Shown: piece after piece, positions 1 through 9,670 of the stretch
Numbering within the stretch: position 1 is the first letter of the stretch
Layout: each line of letters begins with the position of its first letter
From: an uncultured Gammaproteobacteria bacterium
GTDB lineage: Bacteria > Patescibacteriota > Patescibacteriia > Magasanikbacterales > GWA2-37-8
Assembly: GCA_964514995.1 (NCBI GenBank)
Contig: CAZETA010000004.1
Coordinates: 1 to 56,927, forward strand
Direction of reading: 5' to 3'
Length of the DNA stretch: 56,927 nucleotides
Translations under genes and position numbers: made by a program
Notes under the pieces: model-generated
Told to the model about the DNA's origin: nothing
Database searches by the model: none
Seen by the model: the letters and a program-made list of their open reading frames with translations, nothing else

Positions 1-3
1 AAG

Positions 4-90
4 CGGAGAGATAGAGATTCGAACTCTAGAGGCCCTTGCGAGCCCGGCAGTTTAGTAAACTGCTGCCTTAAACCACTCGGCCATCTCTCC
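4..90 (-). tRNA. Type II (long variable arm) tRNA, most likely tRNA-Ser; hand fold places ACU at anticodon positions 34-36
   Basis: Reverse complement reads GGAGAGA-TG-GCC..GGC-A-GCAGT/TTACTAA/ACTGC-CGGGCTCGCAAGGGCCTC-TAGAG/TTCGAAT/CTCTA-TCTCTCC-G. The 3-bp D stem, long extra arm and G73 discriminator are Ser-type. No CCA is encoded. Confidence 0.8.
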
Positions 91-236
91 ATCGTTGTCA
101 TCCTGAATGAAATGAAGGATCTCTGTCGGTTTAGCAATTTGACAGGGATTCTTCGCTCCGCTCAGAATGACAGTTTAAATTTAAATTCTAGCCATAGTTT
201 ATCAAAAAATAAGATAAAGTCAATGGATAATTTGGT

Positions 237-264
237 TTGACTTTAGGTAGAATTATGATACAAT
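237..264 (+). promoter_or_regulatory. sigma70-type promoter candidate upstream of the kinase gene
   Basis: TTGACT (237-242), 16-nt spacer, TACAAT (259-264), about 40 nt upstream of the ATG at 304. Confidence 0.5.
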
Positions 265-303
265 TTAGGCCAGTTTTCAGAGTATAAATCTAAAAATATT
301 TTT

Positions 304-1248
304 ATGTCCATTCTCGTATCCGGATCGCTGGCTTATGATTTTATCATGAATTTTCCGGACAGTTTCAAAAATCATATCATGCCCGAAAATATTCATATCC
401 TCAATGTTTGTTTTATGGTTGATGAGTTGCGGCGTTCATGGGGCGGAACCGCCGGAAATATTGGGTATACCATGAATTTGTTGGGTAGCGAACCGCTTAT
501 TGTCTCGGCTCTTGGAAAGAATGGCGATGAGTATCTACAGTACTTTAAAGATAAAAAAATTAAAACTGATTATATTCAGATGGATTCTGAGCGTATGAGC
601 GCATCCGCGTTTATCACGACTGATGCTGATAATAATCAGATCACGGCTTTTCATAGCGGACCGTTGGCGATAGATAGTAGCGCTAGCTTGCGGGATGTCA
701 AAGAAAGATTCTCTGTGGCGATTATTGCCCCTTCACAGAAAGACATAATGATTAAGCACTTAAAAGAATGTCAGGAATTAGGTGTGAGAGCAGTCTTTGC
801 CCCTGGTCAACAGATTACCGCTTTTGATGGATCTGAATTAAAACGCATGATCGATCAGGCACATTTCGTCATTGGAAACGATTATGAAATAAAATTATTG
901 GAGGAAAGAACAGGATGGAGTGGAGAAGAGATTTTAAAACATACCGAAGTTTTAATTACGACTCTTGGCGAGAAAGGATCAATAATTTCTACGGCTCAAG
1001 GTGAAATAATTACCGTAGGGGTTTGCCCGCCATCATCATTTGACGATCCCACCGGCGCGGGCGATGCCTATATTGCCGGATTTGTTACCGCCTATCAGCA
1101 GGGACTTGATCTGAAAACCTGCGGCCAAGTGGGAAGTGTGGCTGCCAGTTATGCCATAGAAACATTGGGTACTCAAGAGCATGCGTTTATTAAAGAGGAG
1201 TTTTGCGTGCGGTATGAGAAGTGTTATGGTGGGGGATTGGTCTTATAA
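304..1248 (+). CDS. PfkB-family carbohydrate/nucleoside kinase (adenosine-kinase-like)
   Basis: 314 aa. GGTAGN near the N-terminus and DPTGAGDAY near the C-terminus are the ribokinase/PfkB signature regions. It sits two genes upstream of ahcY. Confidence 0.8.
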   Translation: MSILVSGSLAYDFIMNFPDSFKNHIMPENIHILNVCFMVDELRRSWGGTAGNIGYTMNLLGSEPLIVSALGKNGDEYLQYFKDKKIKTDYIQMDSERMSASAFITTDADNNQITAFHSGPLAIDSSASLRDVKERFSVAIIAPSQKDIMIKHLKECQELGVRAVFAPGQQITAFDGSELKRMIDQAHFVIGNDYEIKLLEERTGWSGEEILKHTEVLITTLGEKGSIISTAQGEIITVGVCPPSSFDDPTGAGDAYIAGFVTAYQQGLDLKTCGQVGSVAASYAIETLGTQEHAFIKEEFCVRYEKCYGGGLVL

Positions 1249-1281
1249 TACAATTAATTTTTAACATAATTATCAGCTAAT

Positions 1282-2154
1282 ATGGCGAAACGAGTTAGTG
1301 GAGATGTGGGTAAAGGCATAGAGGAAATATCATCTTCAGAAAAGCAAGGATCAAGAGAAAGGAAGCCGCCGTCAAAAGAAAAACGCGGATCAGAAGGTGG
1401 AGCTAAGATAGACGGACAAGTTGTTTGGGAAAAAACCGAAAGCGACCCGCGTTTTGTACCGAGCAGGGCCGAGGCAATAGCAATGCTTAACTCGGAGGGA
1501 GGTTCGGATAACGCCCGACTGGATCGCTTTTTAAAAAAATCAAAAAAAGACACTTCTGCTAAGGATAGGTTCCGTAGCAAAGAGGGTGAACTGAAGCAAG
1601 TTAGAGAAATTTTAACCAAGGAGTTCATAGCAGCATTTGGAGACTATTTGGCTAAGCGGGTTGTAGAGTTACATGGTTCCGCGGAAAAGCCGGTTCAAAT
1701 TGTAGAAGTTGGTGCTGGCGATGGTCGACTTACCGAGTTGTTAAGAGAGGCGCTGCAAAAGCTGGTACCCGATAAATTCAAGATTGTGGCTACAGATCCC
1801 CAGACAGCCCGTATTAACAATAAGTTCCCTATAGAGACAGCAGATTGTCAGATGGCCTTAGAAAAATTTCAGCCTGCCTTAGTGATTGAATCTTGGATGC
1901 CGTATGATTTAGATTTATCCGCTCAGATGCGAGCTGTTCCAAGCGTTCAGGAGTATATTTTAATTGGCGAAGGGTACGGAGGTAGTTGTGGTAGTGATGA
2001 AACATGGAGCTCTAAAAGATATAAAGGAGATTCGTTTATAATGAGTGCTTTGACTCAGATGAGTAAATATCAAGTGTGTCGTCTTGATGATGCTGAACAG
2101 TTCCGTGCCGGACAGTCAAGCCATTCGCAAACCTTTTCTTTTAAAAGAACATAA
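1282..2154 (+). CDS. Hypothetical protein: ~110-aa Lys/Glu/Ser-rich low-complexity N-terminus plus a class I SAM-methyltransferase-like core
   Basis: 290 aa. VEVGAGDGRLTELL resembles SAM-binding motif I (ExGxGxG). No other family signature recognised. Confidence 0.45.
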   Translation: MAKRVSGDVGKGIEEISSSEKQGSRERKPPSKEKRGSEGGAKIDGQVVWEKTESDPRFVPSRAEAIAMLNSEGGSDNARLDRFLKKSKKDTSAKDRFRSKEGELKQVREILTKEFIAAFGDYLAKRVVELHGSAEKPVQIVEVGAGDGRLTELLREALQKLVPDKFKIVATDPQTARINNKFPIETADCQMALEKFQPALVIESWMPYDLDLSAQMRAVPSVQEYILIGEGYGGSCGSDETWSSKRYKGDSFIMSALTQMSKYQVCRLDDAEQFRAGQSSHSQTFSFKRT

Positions 2155-2180
2155 TAAAGGTTAGAAATTAAATTCACAAT

Positions 2181-3482
2181 ATGAAAAATGACTATAAAGT
2201 AGCAGACATGGCGTTGGCTGAGCTCGGGAGAAAAGAAATCGAAATCGCGGAAAAAGAAATGCCGGGGCTCATGGCCTTGCGGGCAAAATACGGGAACGAA
2301 AAACCATTGCAAGGAGCCCGCATTGCCGGATGTTTGCATATGACAATTCAGACCGCGGTGCTTATTGAAACTCTGGTTCAGCTTGGCGCAGAAGTCCGTT
2401 GGAGTAGTTGTAATATTTTTTCTACCCAAGATTCAGCCGCCGCGGCCATTGCCCAAGCAGGTATTCCGGTCTTTGCCTGGAAAGGGGAGACTGAAGAAGA
2501 ATATTGGTGGTGTGTGGAAGAATCTTTAAAATTTGCTGATGGCAAAGGGCCGAATATGCTCCTCGATGACGGGGGAGACCTGACCGTGTTAGTTCATGAG
2601 AAACATCCGGAAATGTTAAAAGAAATTAAAGGTTTGTCTGAAGAGACTACTACCGGCGTGCATCGTTTGTATCAGATGATGGCTGCAGGCAAGCTTGGCA
2701 CGATTGCCATCAATGTAAATGATTCAGTCACCAAATCAAAGTTTGATAATAAGTACGGCTGTCGCGAAAGTTTGGCAGATGGTATCAAGCGCGCTACGGA
2801 TGTGATGTTGGCCGGAAAGAAAGTTGTTATTGCCGGGTTTGGGGATGTGGGCAAGGGTTGTGCCCAGAGTATGCGTGGCTATGGCGCCAGAGTGCTAGTG
2901 ACCGAGATTGACCCTATCAATGCCCTGCAAGCCGCTATGGAAGGCTATGAGGTGGTCACCATGGAAGAAGCAGCGCCGATGGCAGATATCTTTGTGACGG
3001 CAACTGGCTGTTGTGATGTAATTACCGGCGAGCATATGGAAGCGATGAAAGACAGTGCCATTGTCTGCAATATCGGGCATTTTGACAGTGAGATAGATGT
3101 GGCATGGCTGACCAGTCAAAAGAATATAAAAGAAATAAATATCAAGCCACAAGTTGATAAATTTGTTTGGGATAATGGTAAAACTTTGATTTTGCTTTCT
3201 CGTGGACGCCTTGTCAATCTTGGCAATGCCCATGGCCATCCGAGTTTTGTGATGAGTACTTCGTTTACCAATCAAGTCTTGGCGCAACTGTCTATTTGGC
3301 AGGAAACAGACAAATATCAGTCTGGAAAAGTGTATACCTTGCCAAAAAGTTTGGATGAAGAAGTGGCCAGATTACATCTTGAAAAGCTGGGAGTGAAATT
3401 AACAACCCTGACAAAAAAACAAGCTGATTATCTCAGCGTGTCTGTGGGTGGCCCTTTCAAGCCGGAGAATTATAGGTATTAG
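2181..3482 (+). CDS. ahcY: Adenosylhomocysteinase (S-adenosyl-L-homocysteine hydrolase)
   Basis: 433 aa. [24 protein letters not shown]-terminus, [16 protein letters not shown] site [16 protein letters not shown] and HPSFVMS motifs are all typical AhcY. Confidence 0.95.
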   Translation: MKNDYKVADMALAELGRKEIEIAEKEMPGLMALRAKYGNEKPLQGARIAGCLHMTIQTAVLIETLVQLGAEVRWSSCNIFSTQDSAAAAIAQAGIPVFAWKGETEEEYWWCVEESLKFADGKGPNMLLDDGGDLTVLVHEKHPEMLKEIKGLSEETTTGVHRLYQMMAAGKLGTIAINVNDSVTKSKFDNKYGCRESLADGIKRATDVMLAGKKVVIAGFGDVGKGCAQSMRGYGARVLVTEIDPINALQAAMEGYEVVTMEEAAPMADIFVTATGCCDVITGEHMEAMKDSAIVCNIGHFDSEIDVAWLTSQKNIKEINIKPQVDKFVWDNGKTLILLSRGRLVNLGNAHGHPSFVMSTSFTNQVLAQLSIWQETDKYQSGKVYTLPKSLDEEVARLHLEKLGVKLTTLTKKQADYLSVSVGGPFKPENYRY

Positions 3483-3580
3483 GAATTCGTCCGAGCCCCT
3501 TTGCATTTTTGTTATTTAACAATAAAAGGGTGAGCGAGAGCGAGGGGATGAATTGCTTGAATTGTTAAGTAATGGGTTCA

Positions 3581-3892
3581 CTATTTCTCTGTTCTATCTA
3601 AAATTATCCGTTCTTTAAATCCACCGCGTTCATCCGCCTTTCTTTGGCGAACTTCCTCCAGTTTACTTAAGTTAATACCGCGTAAATCGCAAATTGCTTG
3701 CATGACCTCGAGCACATCAGCGGCTTCTTCAACTGAAGGATCTGCTAAAAATTCTGCAACTTCTTCTTGCAATTTACGCGTCAATGCTTCCCCATACTCC
3801 TGTTCTTCAGCGGTATGAATGACTGGCTTTTCGCCAGTTTTTGCAATGATGCCCGGAATCTTATCACGGACTAGCTTATTATATTCTGGCAT
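3581..3892 (-). CDS. MazG-like / phosphoribosyl-ATP pyrophosphohydrolase-like nucleoside triphosphate pyrophosphohydrolase
   Basis: 103 aa. KLVRDKIP start followed by EExxE-type acidic helices (KLQEEVAEF, EEAADVLEV), characteristic of all-alpha MazG-type house-cleaning NTPases. Confidence 0.7.
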   Translation of the reverse strand: MPEYNKLVRDKIPGIIAKTGEKPVIHTAEEQEYGEALTRKLQEEVAEFLADPSVEEAADVLEVMQAICDLRGINLSKLEEVRQRKADERGGFKERIILDRTEK

Positions 3893-3943
3893 AAAAATAA
3901 AGTTTTGATTATAGTATGTCTGTTAATGAAATTATACCATATT

Positions 3944-5407
3944 TTAAACAATCTCCAAATCCAAAACCTGATCAATTTTTATCTGATCCACAAATTCAGG
4001 GACGTGGCTGACCAGAATTATCGCGCCTTCAAATTCATCCAAGGCCTTAGCGATAATTGGTAGGTGGCGGAAGTTTATGTGATTGGTCGGTTCGTCCATG
4101 ATAAGCAGTCCTGGTTTTTGCAAGACAAATCTGGCATAGCAGAGCAAACCTTTCTGGCCCTCAGACAGTGACCCGACTTTATTTTTTAATATTTGTGAAG
4201 ATAACAAGAATTGCGCGCCCGTGGCATATATTTCCTGGTTCCACGGATTATGCATCATTTCTTCTAGTGCCTGATAGCCGGTTTTATCAAAATCAAGACC
4301 GGAAAAATCCTGGCGGTAGTAGCCGACACGGACGTCTGGGGCGATAGTTGCGCCTTCCTCGGTACCGCTCGCCAAAGCTTGTAGTAGGGTGCTTTTGCCA
4401 ATGCCGTTCGGTCCTTTGAGGAGCAGGCGTTGTCTCTTGCGAACAGTAATCGGTGTGGATAGAGTAATACGTACTGGTTCGTGGTTTTTCATCACACCCA
4501 CCGATCGTATCTCTACAAAGGGAACAATAATCTCAGGTTGGGAAGGGATAGTGAAGTCATTTATGGTTTTATCCTCCTGCCTCTCATCAACCATATTTTC
4601 CTCAGCCTCTTCTATTTGGTCGCGTAGTTTGCTGGCCAGTGCGCGCATCTTGCCGCCCTTATTGGCAAAAAAATTTACTTTGTCTTTTCTGTCCTGGATA
4701 CTGCGGCGGAGTTGGGCATTTTTGGCGCGTTCACGCTCGATACGAGCTTCGATTTCTCCTAGCACATTATAGTAGTCGCCCACGTACTGTTCCACTTTTT
4801 GTGTGTATGAATCCAGATAGAGGACGCCGTCGGTAAAGGCGTTGAGAAAATTTGCATCGTGGGAAATGACCATGCATGTTTTGGGATATTGCATCAGAAA
4901 TGCCGTCAGGTGTTCGATGCCGGCTGTATCAAGATTATTAGTCGGTTCATCCAGGAGTAAGATATCTGGTTTTTGGATGAGGGCATAGGCAAGGAGCAGT
5001 CTCGCTTGTTGGCCGCCGGAAAATTGTTTGATTTTTTTATCAAGGGGGGCGGTGAGATGGACAATGTCGAGAACTTCGGAAATACGTTTTGGCAAGTCAT
5101 ACATTTTCTTTTCGAATAACTGAGCAAAAAATTCTTCTACTGTTTTTTCCAAGTTATCTTGTTTCATGACCTGGGTGGCGATGGCGATCGTTGCGCCGAG
5201 ACTAATATTAACTTGCCCTGATTCGGGCTTGATTTCGTTGGTAATGAGCTTGAAAATCGTGCTTTTTCCAGCCCCGTTTTGTCCCATGATGGTGATTTTT
5301 GAGTTTGTACGGACAGAAAAACTAGCCTCATCAAGAATGGGTTTGTTTTCGGTATACGAGAATGAAACATTGTCGAAGCTGATAATGACGTTGCCTGGTT
5401 GACTCAT
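3944..5407 (-). CDS. ABC-F family ATPase (two nucleotide-binding domains, no membrane domain)
   Basis: Two Walker A sites (GQNGAGKST, GPNGIGKST), two signatures (FSGGQQAR, LSEGQKG) and two Walker B sites (LLLDEPTN, LIMDEPTN) with a charged linker. Start placed at MSQPGNVI (5407), because the 24 upstream codons of the ORF look non-coding. Confidence 0.85.
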   Translation of the reverse strand: MSQPGNVIISFDNVSFSYTENKPILDEASFSVRTNSKITIMGQNGAGKSTIFKLITNEIKPESGQVNISLGATIAIATQVMKQDNLEKTVEEFFAQLFEKKMYDLPKRISEVLDIVHLTAPLDKKIKQFSGGQQARLLLAYALIQKPDILLLDEPTNNLDTAGIEHLTAFLMQYPKTCMVISHDANFLNAFTDGVLYLDSYTQKVEQYVGDYYNVLGEIEARIERERAKNAQLRRSIQDRKDKVNFFANKGGKMRALASKLRDQIEEAEENMVDERQEDKTINDFTIPSQPEIIVPFVEIRSVGVMKNHEPVRITLSTPITVRKRQRLLLKGPNGIGKSTLLQALASGTEEGATIAPDVRVGYYRQDFSGLDFDKTGYQALEEMMHNPWNQEIYATGAQFLLSSQILKNKVGSLSEGQKGLLCYARFVLQKPGLLIMDEPTNHINFRHLPIIAKALDEFEGAIILVSHVPEFVDQIKIDQVLDLEIV

Positions 5408-5461
5408 ATAGTTTTCAAAGAGGCTTATTTTAGCAAATAGTAGGGGATAGGTCAATTTTGT

Positions 5462-5490
5462 TTGACATTTATAGGTCAAGAGCCTAGAAT
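5462..5490 (+). promoter_or_regulatory. sigma70-type promoter candidate in the divergent ABC-F / ligase-like intergenic region
   Basis: TTGACA (5462-5467), 17-nt spacer, TAGAAT (5485-5490). A second TATAAT lies at 5497-5502. Confidence 0.45.
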
Positions 5491-5545
5491 ATAGGGTATA
5501 ATTTTTAGTATTTCTGTAGCTCTCTACGGAAGATTAATTTACTTT

Positions 5546-7600
5546 ATGAAACAACGTATTTTGAGTGCGGTAAAATTTTTAGCGTATCTGACTTTCTTTG
5601 TCCCGTTATTGGTATTGCCAACAACTTTTATTTTTCCCTTCATTGTCCCAAAAATTTTAGCCTTCAGATCCCTGGTTGAATTGATGATTGCCGGGTATGT
5701 GTTGCTATTATTTATCAATTGGCAAGAGTTTAGGCCAAAATTTTCTTGGTTAAGTGTGGCGGTTGGTGCATTTTTTATCAGTTTTGCCGTCTCAACATTC
5801 GTGGGCGTAGATCCATACCATAGTTTTTGGGATAACCATGAAAGAATGTTAGGTTTGTTTACGATCTTTCATTATGTAGCCTATTACTTCGTCTGCTCAT
5901 CTGTCTTTAAAACCTGGGATGACTGGAGGAAGGCATTGAAAATATTTTTAGTGGCGGGGACTTTGGTTATGGCGGTTGGAATAATGCAAGTCGTTAACCC
6001 TAATATTTTACTAAACCAAGGGGCGGATCGTGTGATCTCTACTTTAGGGAATGCTATTTATGTAGGTGGGTACGGACTGTTTTTGTTATTTGTCTCAATG
6101 TTATTATTTATTAAAGAAAAGAATAGGGTTTGGAAGTATGCAGAGATTGGTACAGGTCTAGTGGCTTTTTTGGGCATGATATTTAGTGGTACTCGCGGCT
6201 CAATTTTGGGCTTAATGGTAGGGATTGGTTTTGCCATGGTAAGTTACATCATAGTCTTAAAACAATATCCAAAGACTAGAAAAGTATTAGCGGGTCTCGT
6301 GTTACTCGGGGTCGCTTTGATTGCTGTACTGTATAATTTTAGAGAAACCGCCTTTGTTCAAAAAATCCCGGCTGTTAATCGTGCGGTTAGGACATCCTTT
6401 ACTGCCATAAAAGCGAGTCCGCGTTGGGTGGCGTGGGAATCAGCAGTGAAGAGTTGGGAAGAGCGGCCTGTGTTTGGGTGGGGTCCAAATAACTTTTTTT
6501 ATGCGTTTAATAAGTATTATCAGCCAAAATCTTTACAGTTTGGTTATGGAGAAACTTGGTTTGATAATGCTCATAATGTTATTGTTAACACACTTGCGGT
6601 ACAAGGCGTCGTTGGTTTAGGAAGTTATCTGGCTATTTTTATTGCGGCGATCACTCTTTTGTTCCTTGCTATAAGAAAAAAGAGATTAAACATTCATATT
6701 GCAGTTTTAGGCGGGGCATTTTTAGTAGCTCATCTTACTCAGAATGTGACTGTGTTTGAGAATCCTACTTCGTATCTTTATTTTATGTTTTGGCTTGCGA
6801 TGGTCGCTGGTTTGACTATTAGACCAGACGAAACAGTAAATATTGACGCTTCTGCAAAAGTAAAAAATGAGGTTTTCGTAAATAAGCCTATAGGATTAGG
6901 GAGTGTTTCGGTCGCAGTACTACTCGCCGTGTTGGTGATTTTTATCTTTAATATACAACCTGCTAGGGCAAATATGAAATCTTTAGCAGCACTTCAGTAC
7001 CTAACATATCAGCCCGAAACCGGACTCGAGCTTATGAAAGAGGCTATAGCCTTTAACTCTCCTCATATTGATGATATTCGTGGTGATTTATCTAGGACGG
7101 TGGCGCAAACTTTGAGTGCTCAACCTGATGCAAAACTAACCAAAGAAAAGCGTTTAGAGCTTTTTAATCTAGCCCATGAGGCCCTAATAATTAACACTCA
7201 GCTACATCCGTATGATATTAGAAATTATCTTACTTTAAGTCAATTGGGTCAAATCGGATACGTGCTTACAAATGATCCAAAGTATGTCGCTGAGTATGGA
7301 AATTATCTCAACGAGGCATTGGTATATTCTCCAAAACGACAACAAATTATCTACAATGTCGCCAACTTCTATTTGCAAACAGGTAGAACAGAAGAAGGTA
7401 TCAAGTTGTTGGAAGATGCTTTGAGAGATGGTCCGACAGTGGGGGAGAGTTATTGGAGATTGGCCTATGTGTATAAATTGTCTGGCAAAACGGATAAGGT
7501 AAAGGAAGTGTTAGATTTGGCAGCTCAAAACAAGATTGTATTTGATGACCAGCAGCAGGAAATTATAAGGCAAATTTCTGCTCCTACACCGTTAAAGTAA
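5546..7600 (+). CDS. O-antigen ligase/polymerase-like (Wzy_C-type) polytopic membrane protein with C-terminal TPR-like region
   Basis: 684 aa. About 12 hydrophobic segments, the FSGTRGSILGL motif region typical of the O-antigen ligase family, and a soluble helical-repeat C-terminus (YNVANFYLQTGRTEEGIKLLEDAL, YWRLAYVYKLSGK). Confidence 0.65.
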   Translation: MKQRILSAVKFLAYLTFFVPLLVLPTTFIFPFIVPKILAFRSLVELMIAGYVLLLFINWQEFRPKFSWLSVAVGAFFISFAVSTFVGVDPYHSFWDNHERMLGLFTIFHYVAYYFVCSSVFKTWDDWRKALKIFLVAGTLVMAVGIMQVVNPNILLNQGADRVISTLGNAIYVGGYGLFLLFVSMLLFIKEKNRVWKYAEIGTGLVAFLGMIFSGTRGSILGLMVGIGFAMVSYIIVLKQYPKTRKVLAGLVLLGVALIAVLYNFRETAFVQKIPAVNRAVRTSFTAIKASPRWVAWESAVKSWEERPVFGWGPNNFFYAFNKYYQPKSLQFGYGETWFDNAHNVIVNTLAVQGVVGLGSYLAIFIAAITLLFLAIRKKRLNIHIAVLGGAFLVAHLTQNVTVFENPTSYLYFMFWLAMVAGLTIRPDETVNIDASAKVKNEVFVNKPIGLGSVSVAVLLAVLVIFIFNIQPARANMKSLAALQYLTYQPETGLELMKEAIAFNSPHIDDIRGDLSRTVAQTLSAQPDAKLTKEKRLELFNLAHEALIINTQLHPYDIRNYLTLSQLGQIGYVLTNDPKYVAEYGNYLNEALVYSPKRQQIIYNVANFYLQTGRTEEGIKLLEDALRDGPTVGESYWRLAYVYKLSGKTDKVKEVLDLAAQNKIVFDDQQQEIIRQISAPTPLK

Positions 7601-7615
7601 GTAATTTCAATAACT

Positions 7616-8668
7616 ATGAAAAAGGCTTTGATTACCGGTATTACAGGACAAGACGGCTCCTATTTAACTGAGTTATTAATTAGTAAAGGATATCAAGTTC
7701 ATGGCGTGATCCGTCGTTCCAGTAGTTTTAATACGAGTCGTTTGGATCATATTTACCAAGATCCGCACGAAAAAGAGTTGAAAATGGTTCTTCACTATGG
7801 AGATTTAACTGACGGTAGTAACATTAATCGGATTTTGGAAAAAGTTCAGCCTGATGAAGTCTATAATTTGGGAGCTCAGAGTCATGTGCGGGTCAGTTTT
7901 GATATTCCTGAGTATACAGCAGACGCCGATGGTCTAGGCGCGTTGCGTCTATTGGATGTAATTCGCGATGAGAATTTAAAAGTTAAGTACTATCAGGCCG
8001 GATCTTCGGAAATGTATGGTAGGGTCCTAGCTACGCCCCAAAATGAAACTACTCCATTCAATCCTCGCAGCCCCTATGCCTGCGCCAAAGTTTTTGCGCA
8101 CCATATCTCTGTCAATTATCGAGAAGCGTATGATTTATTTGTCTGTAATGGTATTTTATTTAATCACGAATCACCGCGACGTGGCGGTACGTTCGTGACC
8201 AAAAAAATCACCAGTGCTTTCGCCAAAATAAAATTAGGTAAACAAGAAAGAGTCTATTTAGGTAATCTAGACGCTAAAAGAGACTGGGGATATGCGAGAG
8301 ATTATGTTGAGGCCATGTGGCTTATGTTGCAACAGCCAACGCCAGATGATTATGTAATCGCCACCGGCGAAACTCATACCGTGCGAGAGTTTGTTGAACA
8401 TACGGCTCGTTTACTTGGGTATGAAATAGAATGGCAGGGCAAGGGTTTGGCCGAAAAGGGCGTAGATGCTAAAAGTGGCAAGGTGCTCGTGGAAATTGAC
8501 CCGCGTTATTTCCGCCCCACAGAAGTTGACTTTTTGTTAGGTGATTTTAGTAAGGCCCGTCGCGTATTGGGTTGGGAGCCTAAGGTAAAGTTTGAAGGTC
8601 TGGTTAAGTTAATGGTGGAAGGAGAGTTTGAGGAGATGGGATTGGTGAGTAGGGATTATATGGTGTAA
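7616..8668 (+). CDS. gmd: GDP-mannose 4,6-dehydratase
   Basis: 350 aa. [30 protein letters not shown] (YxxxK) and NHESPRRG are Gmd hallmarks. Confidence 0.95.
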   Translation: MKKALITGITGQDGSYLTELLISKGYQVHGVIRRSSSFNTSRLDHIYQDPHEKELKMVLHYGDLTDGSNINRILEKVQPDEVYNLGAQSHVRVSFDIPEYTADADGLGALRLLDVIRDENLKVKYYQAGSSEMYGRVLATPQNETTPFNPRSPYACAKVFAHHISVNYREAYDLFVCNGILFNHESPRRGGTFVTKKITSAFAKIKLGKQERVYLGNLDAKRDWGYARDYVEAMWLMLQQPTPDDYVIATGETHTVREFVEHTARLLGYEIEWQGKGLAEKGVDAKSGKVLVEIDPRYFRPTEVDFLLGDFSKARRVLGWEPKVKFEGLVKLMVEGEFEEMGLVSRDYMV

Positions 8669-8690
8669 CTAGTTTTTTATAAATTACCCT

Positions 8691-9635
8691 ATGGAAAAGA
8701 ATGCAAAAATTTATGTTAGTGGCCATAGTGGTCTTGTTGGCGCAGCTCTTGTTGGTGAGCTTAAAAAACAAGGTTATAAAAATATTATTACCAGATCTCA
8801 TAATGACCTTGATCTTTTAGATCAAGTAAAAGTAAATACTTTTTTTACAGAAGAGAGGCCAGAGTATGTTTTCCATTTGGCTGCCAAAGTTGGTGGTATT
8901 ATTGGTAATAAAACCTATCCAGCTGATTTTACATACGAAAACACAATGATTAATTTTAATGTTATCCACGCGGCTCACGAGGTGGGCGTCAAGAAATTAT
9001 TGAATTTTGGAAGCATCTGTATCTATCCTGTAAAAGCAGCGGTTCCGGTGCAAGAAAGTTCTTTATTGACCGGACCGTTGGAATATACCAATGAGGGGTA
9101 TGCAATTTCTAAGATTGCTAGTCTAATGCTCTGTAAAAAATATAAGGAGCAATATAGTGATAATTTTATATCCGTAATGCCAGCTAATTTGTATGGTCCT
9201 AATGATAATTTTCATCCTCAAAATGCTCACGTGATCCCAATGCTTATGGATCGGTTTCATAAAGCGAAAATAAATCATGATAAAGAAGTTATTGTCTGGG
9301 GCACGGGAAAGCCGACCAGAGACTTCCTCTATTCTGAAGACTTAGCCGAAGGTTTAATAATGTTAATGAACGATTACAATGATCTAGAGCATATAAATAT
9401 TGGACCTGGAATTGAAACTTCAATTGGAGAATTGGCAGAAGTTCTGAAAGAAGTTGTTGAGTTTGAGGGGGCACTTGTGTTTGATTCTTCTAAGCCCGAT
9501 GGAACGCCGAGAAGATATTTAGATACTAAAAAAATAAGTAGTTTAGGATGGAAACCGAAAACTAGCTTGAAAAATGGTTTGTCGAATATGTATGCGTGGT
9601 ATCTCGTTAATGAAAATCATCTCCACGGTAAATAA
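8691..9635 (+). CDS. fcl: GDP-L-fucose synthase (GDP-4-keto-6-deoxy-D-mannose 3,5-epimerase/4-reductase)
   Basis: 314 aa. Short-chain dehydrogenase fold with SGHSGLVG, YAISK (YxxxK) and NLYGPNDNF. It lies immediately after gmd. Confidence 0.9.
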   Translation: MEKNAKIYVSGHSGLVGAALVGELKKQGYKNIITRSHNDLDLLDQVKVNTFFTEERPEYVFHLAAKVGGIIGNKTYPADFTYENTMINFNVIHAAHEVGVKKLLNFGSICIYPVKAAVPVQESSLLTGPLEYTNEGYAISKIASLMLCKKYKEQYSDNFISVMPANLYGPNDNFHPQNAHVIPMLMDRFHKAKINHDKEVIVWGTGKPTRDFLYSEDLAEGLIMLMNDYNDLEHINIGPGIETSIGELAEVLKEVVEFEGALVFDSSKPDGTPRRYLDTKKISSLGWKPKTSLKNGLSNMYAWYLVNENHLHGK

Positions 9636-9641
9636 TTTATT

Positions 9642-9670
9642 TTGACATCTATTGACACCTCCTGACACCT
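9642..9670. repeat. Three tandem ~10-bp repeats (consensus TTGACACCT)
   Basis: TTGACATCT (9642-9650), ATTGACACCT (9651-9660), CCTGACACCT (9661-9670), with helical-turn spacing, directly upstream of an HTH gene. Confidence 0.7.

Noticed and set aside
1254-5402. Antisense or alternate-frame shadow ORFs, e.g. 1254..1628(-), 2070..2429(-), 2672..2854(-), 2895..3287(-), 4389..4772(+), 4639..4836(+), 4906..5127(-), 5164..5370(-), 5166..5402(+).
   Set aside because: Each lies wholly inside, or antisense to, a gene with strong family signatures (AhcY, ABC-F, etc.). Their translations are low-complexity with no motifs or start context.
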